This document shows, one piece after another, positions 34,783 to 45,566 of a stretch of 45,566 nt of DNA. The stretch lies in assembly GCF_001194135.2 (NCBI RefSeq), contig NC_069005.1, positions 29,235,004-29,280,569 of the forward strand. Reading direction: 5' to 3'. The DNA is from Octopus bimaculoides (taxonomy: Eukaryota). The notes beneath the pieces were generated by a model that saw nothing but the letters and a program-made list of their open reading frames with translations, ran no database searches and was not told the origin of the DNA. How positions within the stretch are numbered: position 1 is the stretch's first letter; every line of letters starts with the position of its first letter. A program made the position numbers and the translations under genes.

Positions 34783-36073
34783 TATAATCATTTCTACTAC
34801 AGGCACAAGGCCTGAAATTTGGGGGGAGGGGAATAGTCAAGGGGAGTTGGAACTCAGAAGGGGGTAAGTCAATTACATTACCCCCAGTACTTAACTGGTG
34901 CCTAATTTAATGACCCTGAAAGGATGAAAGGTAAAGTCGACCTCGGTGGAGTTTGAACTCAAAGTAAAAACAAATGAAATGCAGCTAAGCATCTTGACTG
35001 GAGTGATAACGATTCCATCAGCTTGCTACCTTAATAATAATAATAACCCTTTCTACTATAGGCACAAGGCCTGAAATTTGAGGGAGGGGGCTAGGCAATT
35101 ACATCAACCCCAGTGCTCAACTGGTACTTATTTCATCGACCCTGAAAGGATGAAAGGCAAAGTCAACTGCAGTGGAATTTGAACTCGTGCAGGTGCTACA
35201 TTAGAAGCATTGGTGCTGGTGCCACATAAAAAGCATCGAGTGCACTCTGTGGAGTGGTTGGCACTAGGAAGGGCATCCAGCCATAGAAACCATGCCCAGA
35301 ACAGGCAATGGAGTCTCCTGCAGACCCTGGCCTTATCATCCAGCATTGAAAACCGACGTGAAATGGTGGTGATGACGACGACGATGACAACAACGAAGAT
35401 GAAGATGATAATAAAAGGTCAAATTATTGGTGAATGGATGAAAGAATTCTTTAATTAGGTACTCACTTCTCAATTCGTTGCTCATGCTGCTTTTGGAAGC
35501 TTGGATAAACTGCCAGTCAACAGGAACAAGTGGCCATGAATTATTCAACACTGTAGCTTGTATTTTATACTTATGGTTCTGTAAAAACAAACGAACAAAA
35601 AAAGATAACAAAATAATAATAATAATAATAATCCTTTCTACAACAGGTAGAAGGCCTGAAATTTTGTGGGAGAGGGCTCAGTTGACTACGTCGACCCCCA
35701 GTAATCAACTGGTACTTATTTTACTGGCCCTGAAAGGATGAAAGGCAAAGTCAACCGCAGTGGAATTTGAACTCAAAATGTACAGAAGAGGAAGAAATGC
35801 TACAACACATTTTGCCCAGAGCCAACTAACTACCTTAACCCTTTAGTGTTTAAACCGGCTATATCCGGCCCAAATATTCTGCTCATTCTATGCTCAAACT
35901 GTCCAGAACCAGCATCTCACACCTACCCTGCAATGTCATTCTAAAAATAAACAATTACATCATTCAAATCTTGAAGCTACAAGATAATACCAGATTAATT
36001 TTTTTAAATGTAAATCAATACGGATTACTTTTGACATATTAATTTGAACGCTAAAGGGTTAATAATAATAATG

Positions 36074-36128
<55 letters not shown>

Positions 36129-37182
36129 TAATAGTTATTAGATACCCTAATGCAGGACCAGGCAGTGGCTCTCATGGCTTCAGATCTTAACTGATTAGAA
36201 GTGTTATTATGTGGATTGTTTTGTCTTGGTATAAAAAACAGACTACAGCATCTATTCTTTAGCGATACAACATTCAGAATCTCTAACAGGGTTTTGATTA
36301 TGATCAGAGGTACTAATTAATAATTGTCTTATATTTTTGATACGTCTAAAGGCAACAACAGGTGGATGAGGAAAGCATTAGTTGTTTATTTATTTACAAC
36401 AAAAATATATAGCAAACAATAACAGAAATATGGAATCACTCACCATGACTGCATCTCCTGCGCTTAAATGCTTTTTTGCAGTTAAAGCTGCAATAGAAAA
36501 ATACAGAGAATATCAGGGGACACAGAGACAATATGGGGACATCACCACGTTAATTGAATAAACAGATGTAACTGTATTAAAATAATTAAATTAAATTCAT
36601 TCATCCATGAAGGCAACAAATCAACATAGCCTTGAGGGAACCACCAAGCCTCCTGGAAATAGCAGCCAAAAACTTGGTAAATGGAAACTATTTATTTCTC
36701 TCTTTCTTTCTTTCTTTCTTTCTCTCTCTCCCTCTCCCTCTCTCTATTTTTCTGTCTCATGTACTTTTCTTTCTTCCTTCATGTCTCTCCCTCTCTCTTT
36801 CTTTCTTCCATTTTTCTTTCTCTCTTCTCTTTCTTCTTTCCCATCTTTCTTTCTTTCTTTCTTTCTCTCCATCTATGTCTGTCTGTTTGTCTAGCTATCA
36901 ATCTTACATACATATGTGCATGCATACATACATAAAACACACACACACACAACAGACACATAACACACACACGTACATACATACAAATATAGCATGGCTG
37001 TGTGGTTAAGAAACTTGCTTTGCAACCACATGGTTCCAGGTTCAGTCCCTCTACATGGCACCTTGGGCAAGTGTCTTCTACTATAGTCACAGGTTGACCA
37101 ATGCCTTGTGAGTGAATTCGGTGAGGAAGCCCATTGTGCATATATGTGTGTAAGTGTGTGTGCACACGTGTATGCATGTGTA

Positions 37183-37220
<38 letters not shown>

Positions 37221-40200
37221 TGCATGTATGTGTTTGTGTGAATTTGATAATGTGTAAATCAGTCTGGAGTGCAAACTGGTGCATTCAAACAGAAATATTT
37301 TACGGTAATCATTTCCAACCAATTTATCTTCTCCCCTCACAAACATTTACTTTTAGAATATATCCTGGTTCCAGACAAAGTCCTGGGCTTCCATCCAACC
37401 CATCTAAGGTGGAGCTCCAGCATGGTCGCTGACCAATAACTGAAACCAGCAAAAGAAGAAGAAGATGAGTGATAAATGGAAGGGACTACGTACATTCTTT
37501 TGAGCTTGTGCTTAGGGATTCTTCTTCGACGATATCCTTCAGAAATATAATGGAAGGGATGACAACATGACCTTTGCCCTTCACGTTGCACACCACTTCA
37601 TCATGGTCCAGGACGGTCAGTTGGAACTGGACATCTGGTTTCGATGTTGACATCTGTAAGGTTGCCAGATGGTCTTCGGTTACCTTTACGGAATAACTGA
37701 ACGTTTACAGGTAAACCATTAATACGGCAGAGAGATGTGAGGATTAAGAGAAAGTAAAGCAGATGTAAGGATTATCAAGGATTATCAAGACGGCAGAATG
37801 TAAATGTTAAGATTTAGATTGCAGAAAGTTGGTGTATGGATTAGCATAACAAAGGATTAAAGTTATGTAAAGTGGATGTAAGGATTAAGATGACATAATG
37901 TGGATGTAAAGATGTAGATTGCAGAAAGTTGGTGTATGGATTAACATAACATAAGGTAGATATAAGGATTAAAATTACATGAAGTAGAAGTAAGGATTAG
38001 CATTGCATTAAATAAGTGTGTGGATTAACACCATAAAGTAGATGTAAGGATTAAGATGACATAATGTAGAAGATAAGGGTTTAGATTACAGAAAGTTGGT
38101 GTATGGATTAACATAACAAAGGATTAAAGTTACGTAAAGTAGAAGTAAGGATTAACATTGCATAAAATAAGTGTGTGGATTAACACAACATAATGTAGAT
38201 GTAAGGATTAACAGGATGTGAAGTAGATGTAAGGATTAACAGGATGTGAAGTAGATGTAAGGATTAAGATGAGATAATGTAGATGTAAGGATGTAGATTG
38301 CAGAAAGTTGGTGTATGGATTCAGTTTTCGTCTACCAAATCCACTCATAAGGCTTTGGTTGGCCCGAGGCTACAGTAGAAGACACTCGCCCAAGGTACCA
38401 CGCAGTGGGACTGAACCCGGAACCCAGAACATGAGGATAAGCATATTAAAAGGGGTCTGTGGAAAAATTCATTAAAATAAAAGGGTTGGAAACCACTGTT
38501 GGGAACCGCTGTTGGGAACCACAGTTTTATAGCTTTGAGATTTTGATGATGTGATTGTTTATTAATAGAATGACATTGTAGGGTAGGTGTGAGATGTTGG
38601 ATATGGCCAGTTTGAACATAAAACAGGGAGGATATTTCGTCCAGACATGGCTGGTTTAAAATGCTAACAGGTTAAATTTGGCACAGCAATGACTGGGTGA
38701 CCAAGAAGCCAAATATACTTGACAGCAAAGCAAAAGGTTTGAAACGCCATTCAATGTACTCACCACATGAAGTATGGATAAGTATCAGAAGGAATATAGT
38801 AGTGTTTTATGTCTTGAATATAGAGGTGAGTGTTGAGTTCAGATTTTTGCAGATGCAAAAGAGAGCTTGAGGAGCCAATAAGACGCAGCCGCCATCTTCC
38901 ACTAGGTATGGCTTGTTCCAGACTCCGAGCCTCTGCGATGAAGGTGTACCCACGCTGTTCAAGGAGAAAAAATAAATTAAACCATAGCAAAAAAAAAAAA
39001 GAGATTAGTTCTTGACGATCGTCTTTGAATAAAAGTAATTTCAGGCTAATCTTTTGCTGAGGAATGTCATGTTTGGAACCATTTTTGGTTGGGATGTCCT
39101 TTATTTTCTATTTGTTTCACTCATTAGACTACAACCATGCTGGGGCACCACCTTGAAGAATTCTAGTTAAACGAATTAATCTCAATACTTATTTTTTTAA
39201 AGCTTGTTACTTATTCTATCGGTTCCCATTTGCTGAACTGCAAAGTTACAGGGACATAAACACACCGACACTGGTTGTGATGTCGTAGCGGGGGACAAAC
39301 ACTGACACAAATACACCCACTCACACACACACATAACGTTTTCGGTTTCCATCTACCATATCCAATTACAAGGGGCTTTCAACAAATCAGGGCTACAGTA
39401 GAAGACACTTGATCAAGGTGTTACATGGCGGGATTGAACCCAGGACCATGTTGGGAAGCAAATTTCTTACCACGCAGCCATGCCTGCAGCACCTATATCA
39501 AGTTTATTGAAGCAAGGTGACGAGGAGAAAATACCAATTCCATTTTCTGGTGGATATTTAACATCATTACCATGAAGTTTAATTTAGTGATCAAAGGGTT
39601 CCCCCTCCCCCTCCCCCTCCTCCACTGCCGCCACTGTCACTGCCACTACCACCATTACCACTTGATGTCTGTCTTCGATGCTGGCATGGTTGGACAGGAG
39701 CTGGCAAGCTAGAGGACTGCACCAAGCTCCACAGTCTGTTCTGGCAAGGTTTTTATGGCCAGATGCCCTTCCAAATGCCAACCACTTTACAGAGTGGACT
39801 GGATGCCTTTTAAATGACACCAACTATGGACATAAATTCTGCTGTGGTGGTAACAGGGCTTGAACTCTCTCTAACTTCATTATTGGTTTCCCAGTATTCA
39901 ACATTTCCTCGAAGCCCCTACAGTGGAACTCTGGGGATGTGAGTAAACATCTTGCAAAAAAAAAAAAAAAAAGATATGGGAAGCACTGACCTTATTTTTC
40001 CTATACACAAAAGGGGACACCTGCTTGAATACTCTGTTTATTTCAGCTCCATTGTCATTGTTGATGACACGCAAAAAGCAGGTTTTTAGGCTTACATAAA
40101 GTTTGGGAATGACCATGATTTCCTCCGACACCAAAAATACCTCCCTGGATAAAAAAGGAGAAAAGAAAAACATTAACAAATTATTCATCATCATCATTAC

Positions 40201-41112
40201 CGCTTAGCATTTCACCCAGCGTGCTAACGATTCTGCCAGTTTATGGTGACTTTTGCCCTTCTGACAGAACCCCATGGCTAAAACATGTCCAGCCATGGGG
40301 GTAAATACTATCTAATATAGAAAGAGGTGAGGGTTGGTGAGAGGAAGAGCATCCAACTGTAGAAAATTTGCTTCAACAAACCCTGTTGAATGCATGCAAG
40401 CATGGAAAAGGGGCCATGAAGAGGATGATGATGACTGCAAGCCATTTTGACTTCCACTCCGTCTACATTTGGTAAACCATCTTCAATGTTTGAAGAAATA
40501 TTGGTTTCAAATTTTGGCACAAGGCCAGCAATTTCAGAGGAGGGCGTAAGTCGATTACATCAACACCAGTGATAAACTGATACTTATTTTATCAACACCG
40601 AGACAATGGAAGTCAAAGTCAACCTTGACAGAATTTGAACTCAGGATGTCTAAAGACAGACAAAATACTGCTAAGCATTTTGTCCAGCATGCTGACAATT
40701 CTGCCAGGTAATTGCCTGTTTTGAAGAAATATTAACAAAATGAATATCTTACTTACCTGAAAACCACAAACCATGTGTCAGGGGGCTGTTCCCCGTATAC
40801 TCCTTGGTAATCGGTGTAAGATATTTTGTGCCAATCATCTTTGTAGAAGCTGTAGTATGGGATGGTTTGTGGGTTTTTACTTATCAGATTCCTGGATAAA
40901 TGGAGATGATATAATAATGCATAATTACGATTGTCTCTGATTCCTTATAATTATATTATAACATAACATTATGAATAAGCACACACACACATATGCACAC
41001 ACACACACACTCACTCGCATTCACACACACACATATGTATGTACATCTATGGAGATTGTCATGTCAAAATGGTATAAGAGACTTTATATCAATATATATA
41101 TATATGTATGTA

Positions 41113-41205
<93 letters not shown>

Positions 41206-44034
41206 AGGAACTTTATATATTTATTTATTTCAAATGGAACCTTAGCAAACGAGAGTAGAAATGTCTCCATTTTGTGGCTACGTAATTACAGAAAAACCAT
41301 TATATCTGTAGTTAGTCTGAAATATAACTGATGTAATTAAAATAATTACCTGAACACATTAAGACCAATCTCATCGATATGTGGTTTAATTTGAAGCCAA
41401 AACCTTTTCAAAACATCCCATACAAAGATGTTATCAGATGAACCTTTAAGAAGATATTTTAACTCCACTTTAATCTCATTTCAATAACTGATTGCAAAAC
41501 AACATCATATATACAGGTACAACACTGTTCCAGAACCTAATTTTCCCAAACTAGGTGTGGCTATCTTCTTCAACATACTCTAAACTAAAGAAATATTGTC
41601 TTCAAATTTTGGCACAAGGCCAGCAATTTCGGGAGAGGGGTAAGCCGATTACATCAACCCCAGCGCTCAACTGGTACTTCTTTTATCAATCCCAAAAGGA
41701 TGAAAGGCAAATTCAAGCTCAGTGGAATTTGAACTCAGAATGTAAGGCCAGACAGACAAAATGCCACTAAGCATTTTGCCCAGCATGTTAATGATTACAC
41801 CAGCTTACCGTCTTAGATTAAAAAAATATTGATCTCAAATTTTGACACAAGGCCACCAATATTGGGGGTTGGGGTAAGCTGATTACAGCAACCCCAATGC
41901 TCAACTGGTATTTATTTTATCAAGCCTGAAAGCATTATGAAAGGCAAAGTTGGTCTTGGAGGAATATGAACTCAGAATGTAAAACCGGACGAAATGCCAC
42001 TAAGCACCCGTTATGCAGATGATTCTGCCAGCTCATCTCTTTTATATTGGTATAAATTATAAACACCCTTTTCTACTCTAGGCATAAGGCCCGAAATTTT
42101 TTGGGGGAGTGGAGGGGGCAGTCAATTAGATCGACCTCAGTACACAACTGGTACTTAATTTATCGACCTCAAAAGGATGAAAAGCAAGGTCGACTTCAGC
42201 AGAATTCGAACTCAGGAGGTAAAGAAAGACGAAATACTGCTAAGCATTTCGCCCAGCATGCTAACATTTCTTATTTCTTTACTGCCCACAAGGGGCTACA
42301 CACAGAGGGGACAAACAAGGACAGACAAGTCAAGGCAGTGCTGGCATCAGCCACATTCGGATGGTGCTTTTTACGTACCACCGTCTTCTCAAGCACAGCA
42401 GGTCGTCCTACGATCCAAGGTACTTTTGAATGGGCTGGAGCTGGTTATGCAAAACTGGTTTAATTTGGCAAATACGCAATGCAACTGAAGGAATTAACAA
42501 TCATGCAGCACAGCTCTTTCTTACCGTGTATCTGGGATCTTTTTATTTTCCGAACATACGCCCCGCGCCAAAAACTCTGTATCTTTACTGCAGCGATTTG
42601 AAAGTCAATGTTGTTTTCCCTGTGAATTGTTTAAAAAGGATATCACAAATAAATTGATGAACAAACAAACAAACAAACAAACAAACAAACAAATAAATGG
42701 TTGTGTGGTTAAGAAGCTCACTTTGCCTCCACACAATTCTGGGTTCAGTCCCACTTTGCAGCACCTTGGGCAAGTGTCTTCTATTATAACCTCATACATA
42801 TGTATATGTGTTTGTGTGTGTGTGTGTGCATGTGCATGTACACACATATATGTATGTTTATGTGTTTGTGTGTGTGTATGTATGTATGTATGTATGTATG
42901 TATGTATGCATGTATGTATGTATGTATGTAAAGCTGTGTGGTTAAGAATTTTGCTTCCCAACCACATAGTTCCAGGTTCAGTCCCACAACATGGCTCCTT
43001 GTGCAAGGGTCTTTAAAGGTATTGTGAAAGGCCTGGTTGGAGGCCCAACCTTCCAGGTCCTTTTACAGGGTTTAGAAAAATTGACAACCTACTGCAAGAA
43101 GCATGTGAACCTCAATAAAATCCTAATTAACTGATCCTCCTGTATTTTCTTTTATCTAAAGCCAGGAACTTTTCTGCACACCTTTTGTGTGTGTGTGTCT
43201 GTATGTGTATGCGTGCATGCGTGTGTGTGTCATTATTCAGTTTATTTCAATATAGAGTTAACGAGGTACCAATTAGACATAATCTAAAAGAATCAAAAGA
43301 GAAACTCACATCTGCGGGAAAGGGTCATGCTTCTCTGTTTCTGCAGTAAAAGTACAAAGAAAAGGTCCATAAATTTAGGGATAAAAAAAAGGGGGGGGGG
43401 GGGGTAAAGACTTGTTTCAGTCACGAATGACCATGGGATTGCACCTAGAAAGTTCCCCTCCGAGGCACAGGTCTGAGCAATGTTATTTATGGAAGACCAG
43501 CAGTCGTCCATGCATACCAGCCTCCCTTTTCTATTCCACCGATGTTATTCAAAGGAAAGGCAAAGGGGCTGATACAGCTTGGCACCAGTGACATTGCAAC
43601 TCATTTCTATAGATGAGTGAACTGGAGCAATGTGCTCAAGAACACAACACACAGCCTGGTCCTGGAATCGAATTCACAACTTCATGATTGCAAGCCCAAC
43701 ACCCTAACCGCTGAACTATGCACCTTCACATAGCTATGCACCTTCACATAGCTATATGCCTTCACATATTTATGTGCCTTCACATAGCTATGCACCTTCA
43801 CATAACTATAATGACAGATAATCAGATAGATAGATGATACTTACTTAATTTGTTTGCTTGTTGAAGCGGAGCTGGAGTGTATTTCCAGTTCAGTTCAAAG
43901 AAGAATGCCCTCCATGCAAACAGAGTTTCGGTGTTGAAGGGGACTGTTTTAGAAAGGAGCCGGAGTAAAGACTCTTTAAAATTCTACAATGAGACAAAAC
44001 AAAACCTCAGAATAAATGTGTGCGCATGTGTGTG

Positions 44035-44066
<32 letters not shown>

Positions 44067-45138
44067 AGCACAGACATGCATACATACATATATATAATCA
44101 AGGCATCATAAAAGGGAATGGAGAATTAAACGCATCTTTAAAACTTGTTTATTACAGTATTATTCTCATTAAATTCACATTAGATTCCAATCTGCTGCAT
44201 AAGTGTCCTATTGTAGCATTTATGTGCATGACACATGGAGATCTTTTGCAATTGACCTCATGGACTTTCTGGGATTGTAATCAAAGGTCTGTTGAACTTG
44301 TTAGATAAATCCAGGTGTTCTGGTGATTTCAGAGTGTTTAGAATGCTTTTTCTGCTTTGATACCGGTGATACGTTTCCATCTTCAGTCTCTAGCTCCTTA
44401 CAAACTTTGTAGATGAAAGATCTGGCAACTTTTAAAAATTGAGATATTTCTAAATCGCTATGCTCAGCAATTATATAACCACAACAACAGCATGCCTCTT
44501 CATTTCTTGAGTAAGCTGAGGGTCTGCTGTTATTATTTTCTGAAACAATGATTATACAGTTAGCAAAAAATGTAGCAGTGGCCCCAAAAAAGGTATGTCT
44601 TCAAATGCCTTATGCACCCTGCATATAATGCAACAAACAAACAAAAAAAACACGTGACTTGGTATTTTTGTATATTATGTTCCTAGAAAAAACACCTTTA
44701 GTGATAGAATAAAAACAATATGTCCAGTTTATGTCCCCAAAATCTGATATTGTTAATGAAGGGCCTCCCTTATATCTCTCTCCCTCATCCCACTTTCTCT
44801 GTAGAATGGTAACAACTCGGCATGGTCCACCAAATTCAGATACTTAAAAGGGAGATTTGGCTATTATTTCCAGCTAGCCACGTAACTAAATATCGACTCC
44901 CTAAGTGGTTTCTGTGCTCCCTAGTGTAAGGTCAAAATGCTCAGTGTGAATAAGACGGGTTTTCCTTTACCTCATACTGCTGTCCCTTTGAATAAGCTGT
45001 TGCTGGTGCTGTGGGATATAGGTAAACTTTCAGGTTCTCCTTTGCTTGTCTATATTTTTCCTTGGAATGGAAATTCGCGACACAATTTTCAAAGCAGAGC
45101 ATCATTTGTGAAGCAGATTCTATGAAATGACTGCTTTC
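30365..45138 (-). CDS. ADGB: Androglobin, 3' portion (globin C-H/IQ/A-B through C-terminus), 15 exons, 697 aa; 5' exons outside window
   Basis: Exons 45138-44971, 43983-43845, 43340-43310, 42619-42525, 41443-41350, 40891-40757, 40144-39991, 38954-38764, 37696-37494, 36487-36444, 35578-35467, 34359-34160, 32373-32210, 32035-31852, 30544-30365 join in one stop-free frame. ADGB-typical blocks: [69 protein letters not shown], Lys-rich tail. Confidence 0.93.
30687..30927. mobile_element. Small inverted-repeat-bounded element
   Basis: ~26-bp imperfect TIR CAG(C/T)AGG(C/T)TGTGATTTGG; TSD unclear (GTAAAT/GTAAAC). Confidence 0.45.
31852..32035 (-). CDS. ADGB: ADGB exon (coiled coil)
   Basis: [61 protein letters not shown]. 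Confidence 0.9.
32210..32373 (-). CDS. ADGB: ADGB exon
   Basis: [55 protein letters not shown]; phase 0-2. Confidence 0.87.
32420..32540 (-). mobile_element. Possible LINE AP-endonuclease N-terminal fragment
   Basis: [20 protein letters not shown] resembles the APE DL....DV.A..ET motif. Confidence 0.35.
32805..33014. mobile_element. piggyBac-like MITE nested in a family A SINE
   Basis: TTAA at 32801-32804 and 33015-33018; TIR (AC/CT)CATTAG(T/C)GCCCA; SINE sequence is continuous across the insertion. Confidence 0.7.
33573..33883. mobile_element. Tc1/mariner-like MITE with ~80-bp inverted arms
   Basis: 33566-33645 is the reverse complement of 33811-33890 with about 6 mismatches; CAG...CTG ends with TA/TG flanks. 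Confidence 0.8.
34160..34359 (-). CDS. ADGB: ADGB exon
   Basis: [16 protein letters not shown]...[19 protein letters not shown]; phase 1-0. Confidence 0.9.
34403..34730 (+). mobile_element. R4/Dong-like (RLE) LINE 3' fragment
   Basis: [23 protein letters not shown]...VVIGALG...[15 protein letters not shown]; (AAT)n on both sides. Confidence 0.85.
35467..35578 (-). CDS. ADGB: ADGB exon
   Basis: [37 protein letters not shown]. Confidence 0.92.
35839..36058. mobile_element. piggyBac-like MITE
   Basis: TTAA TSD, TIR CCCTTTAG(T/C)GTT(T/C)AAA; partial inverted copy at about 38527-38675. Confidence 0.8.
36444..36487 (-). CDS. ADGB: ADGB 44-nt small exon
   Basis: (S)[14 protein letters not shown]; strong splice sites; supplies the required phase 1-0 bridge. 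Confidence 0.75.
37494..37696 (-). CDS. ADGB: ADGB exon
   Basis: [67 protein letters not shown]. Confidence 0.92.
37750..38322. repeat. Complex minisatellite with higher-order structure
   Basis: GTAGATGTAAGGATTAA subunits and a recurring CAGAAAGTTGGTGTATGGATT block (4 copies). Confidence 0.85.
38764..38954 (-). CDS. ADGB: ADGB exon
   Basis: [63 protein letters not shown]. Confidence 0.93.
39991..40144 (-). CDS. ADGB: ADGB exon
   Basis: [51 protein letters not shown]. Confidence 0.93.
40757..40891 (-). CDS. ADGB: ADGB exon
   Basis: [45 protein letters not shown]. Confidence 0.93.
41350..41443 (-). CDS. ADGB: ADGB exon: permuted globin helices A-B
   Basis: [32 protein letters not shown]; phase 1-2. 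Confidence 0.88.
41598..42335 (-). mobile_element. Cluster of 3 or more co-oriented family B SINE copies
   Basis: CACAAGGCC...CAACTGGTA...GAAAGGCAAA...GAACTCAGAA repeated at about 41598, 41834 and 42070. Confidence 0.8.
42525..42619 (-). CDS. ADGB: ADGB exon: IQ calmodulin-binding motif
   Basis: [31 protein letters not shown](G). Confidence 0.93.
43310..43340 (-). CDS. ADGB: ADGB 31-nt micro-exon
   Basis: (K)TEKHDPFPQ(M); strong acceptor and GTGAGT donor; supplies the required phase 1-2 bridge. Confidence 0.75.
43845..43983 (-). CDS. ADGB: ADGB exon: globin helices G-H
   Basis: [46 protein letters not shown]; phase 0-1. Confidence 0.85.
44190..44621 (-). mobile_element. Tc1/mariner-superfamily transposase N-terminal (HTH) remnant
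   Basis: [50 protein letters not shown]...[16 protein letters not shown] with stops; CAGGGTGCATAAG terminus. Confidence 0.8.
44971..45138 (-). CDS. ADGB: ADGB exon: globin helices E-F
   Basis: [56 protein letters not shown]; 168 nt, phase 0-0. Confidence 0.88.
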
Positions 45139-45566
45139 CTGAAATAAAAATTTTTAAAAAAAATTAAACAAAATTAAACAAAAATTGGAATTGCTTACAG
45201 ATTGGCTGTTAGGTGAAAACTTAGGAGAAGTATGGGTATAATTCTGTAATTGAGGGTCGGGTTGCATAGGAAAGATATTCAATTGAAGATCTGTATCACT
45301 ATCCATTGATCTTACAGCATTAAAAAATGATGCAAAGCATTATAGAACAAAATACGTTAAGAGGCATATGCACATGTATGTACACATGCACACACACACA
45401 CACATATACATACATACATTCTTTTATTCTTTCACCTACCTTGACTGCAGCCATGCTGGAGCACTACTTTGAAGGGCTCAAGTTGAACAGATTGATCCTA
45501 GGACTTATTTCTTAAGCCTAGTACTTATTCTCTTTTGCCAAACTGATATATATGTATATATATATA

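Overview
Eukaryotic, AT-rich, microsatellite- and SINE-dense DNA with 10 N-gaps. The repeat content looks like an octopus draft genome (inference; no search run). Two spliced genes converge. (1) Plus strand: an SLC6/NSS Na+/Cl- dependent amino-acid transporter of the GlyT/PROT/ATB0,+ type. I reconstructed 13 firm coding exons (7089-24806), a probable 21-nt start exon (5497-5517) and an unresolved last exon, about 616 aa in total. (2) Minus strand: the 3' part of androglobin (ADGB), 15 exons in one continuous frame (45138 to stop at 30365, 697 aa), covering the circularly permuted globin domain, the IQ motif and the Lys-rich C-terminus; the 5' part lies beyond the window. Introns hold at least four SINE families, R4/Dong-like LINE ends, mariner/Tc1 remnants, and Merlin-, hAT-, piggyBac- and pogo-like MITEs. 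Most notable: this androglobin appears to lack both heme ligands (His F8 to Leu, Gln E7 to Ser) and one conserved in-frame exon. The transporter introns carry several minimal hammerhead-ribozyme motifs, including a G3-C8 core-swapped pair inside a ~100-bp foldback flanked by a 16-bp target-site duplication. Nearly all supplied ORFs are microsatellite or N-gap artefacts. Homologue comparisons are from memory and need alignment checks.
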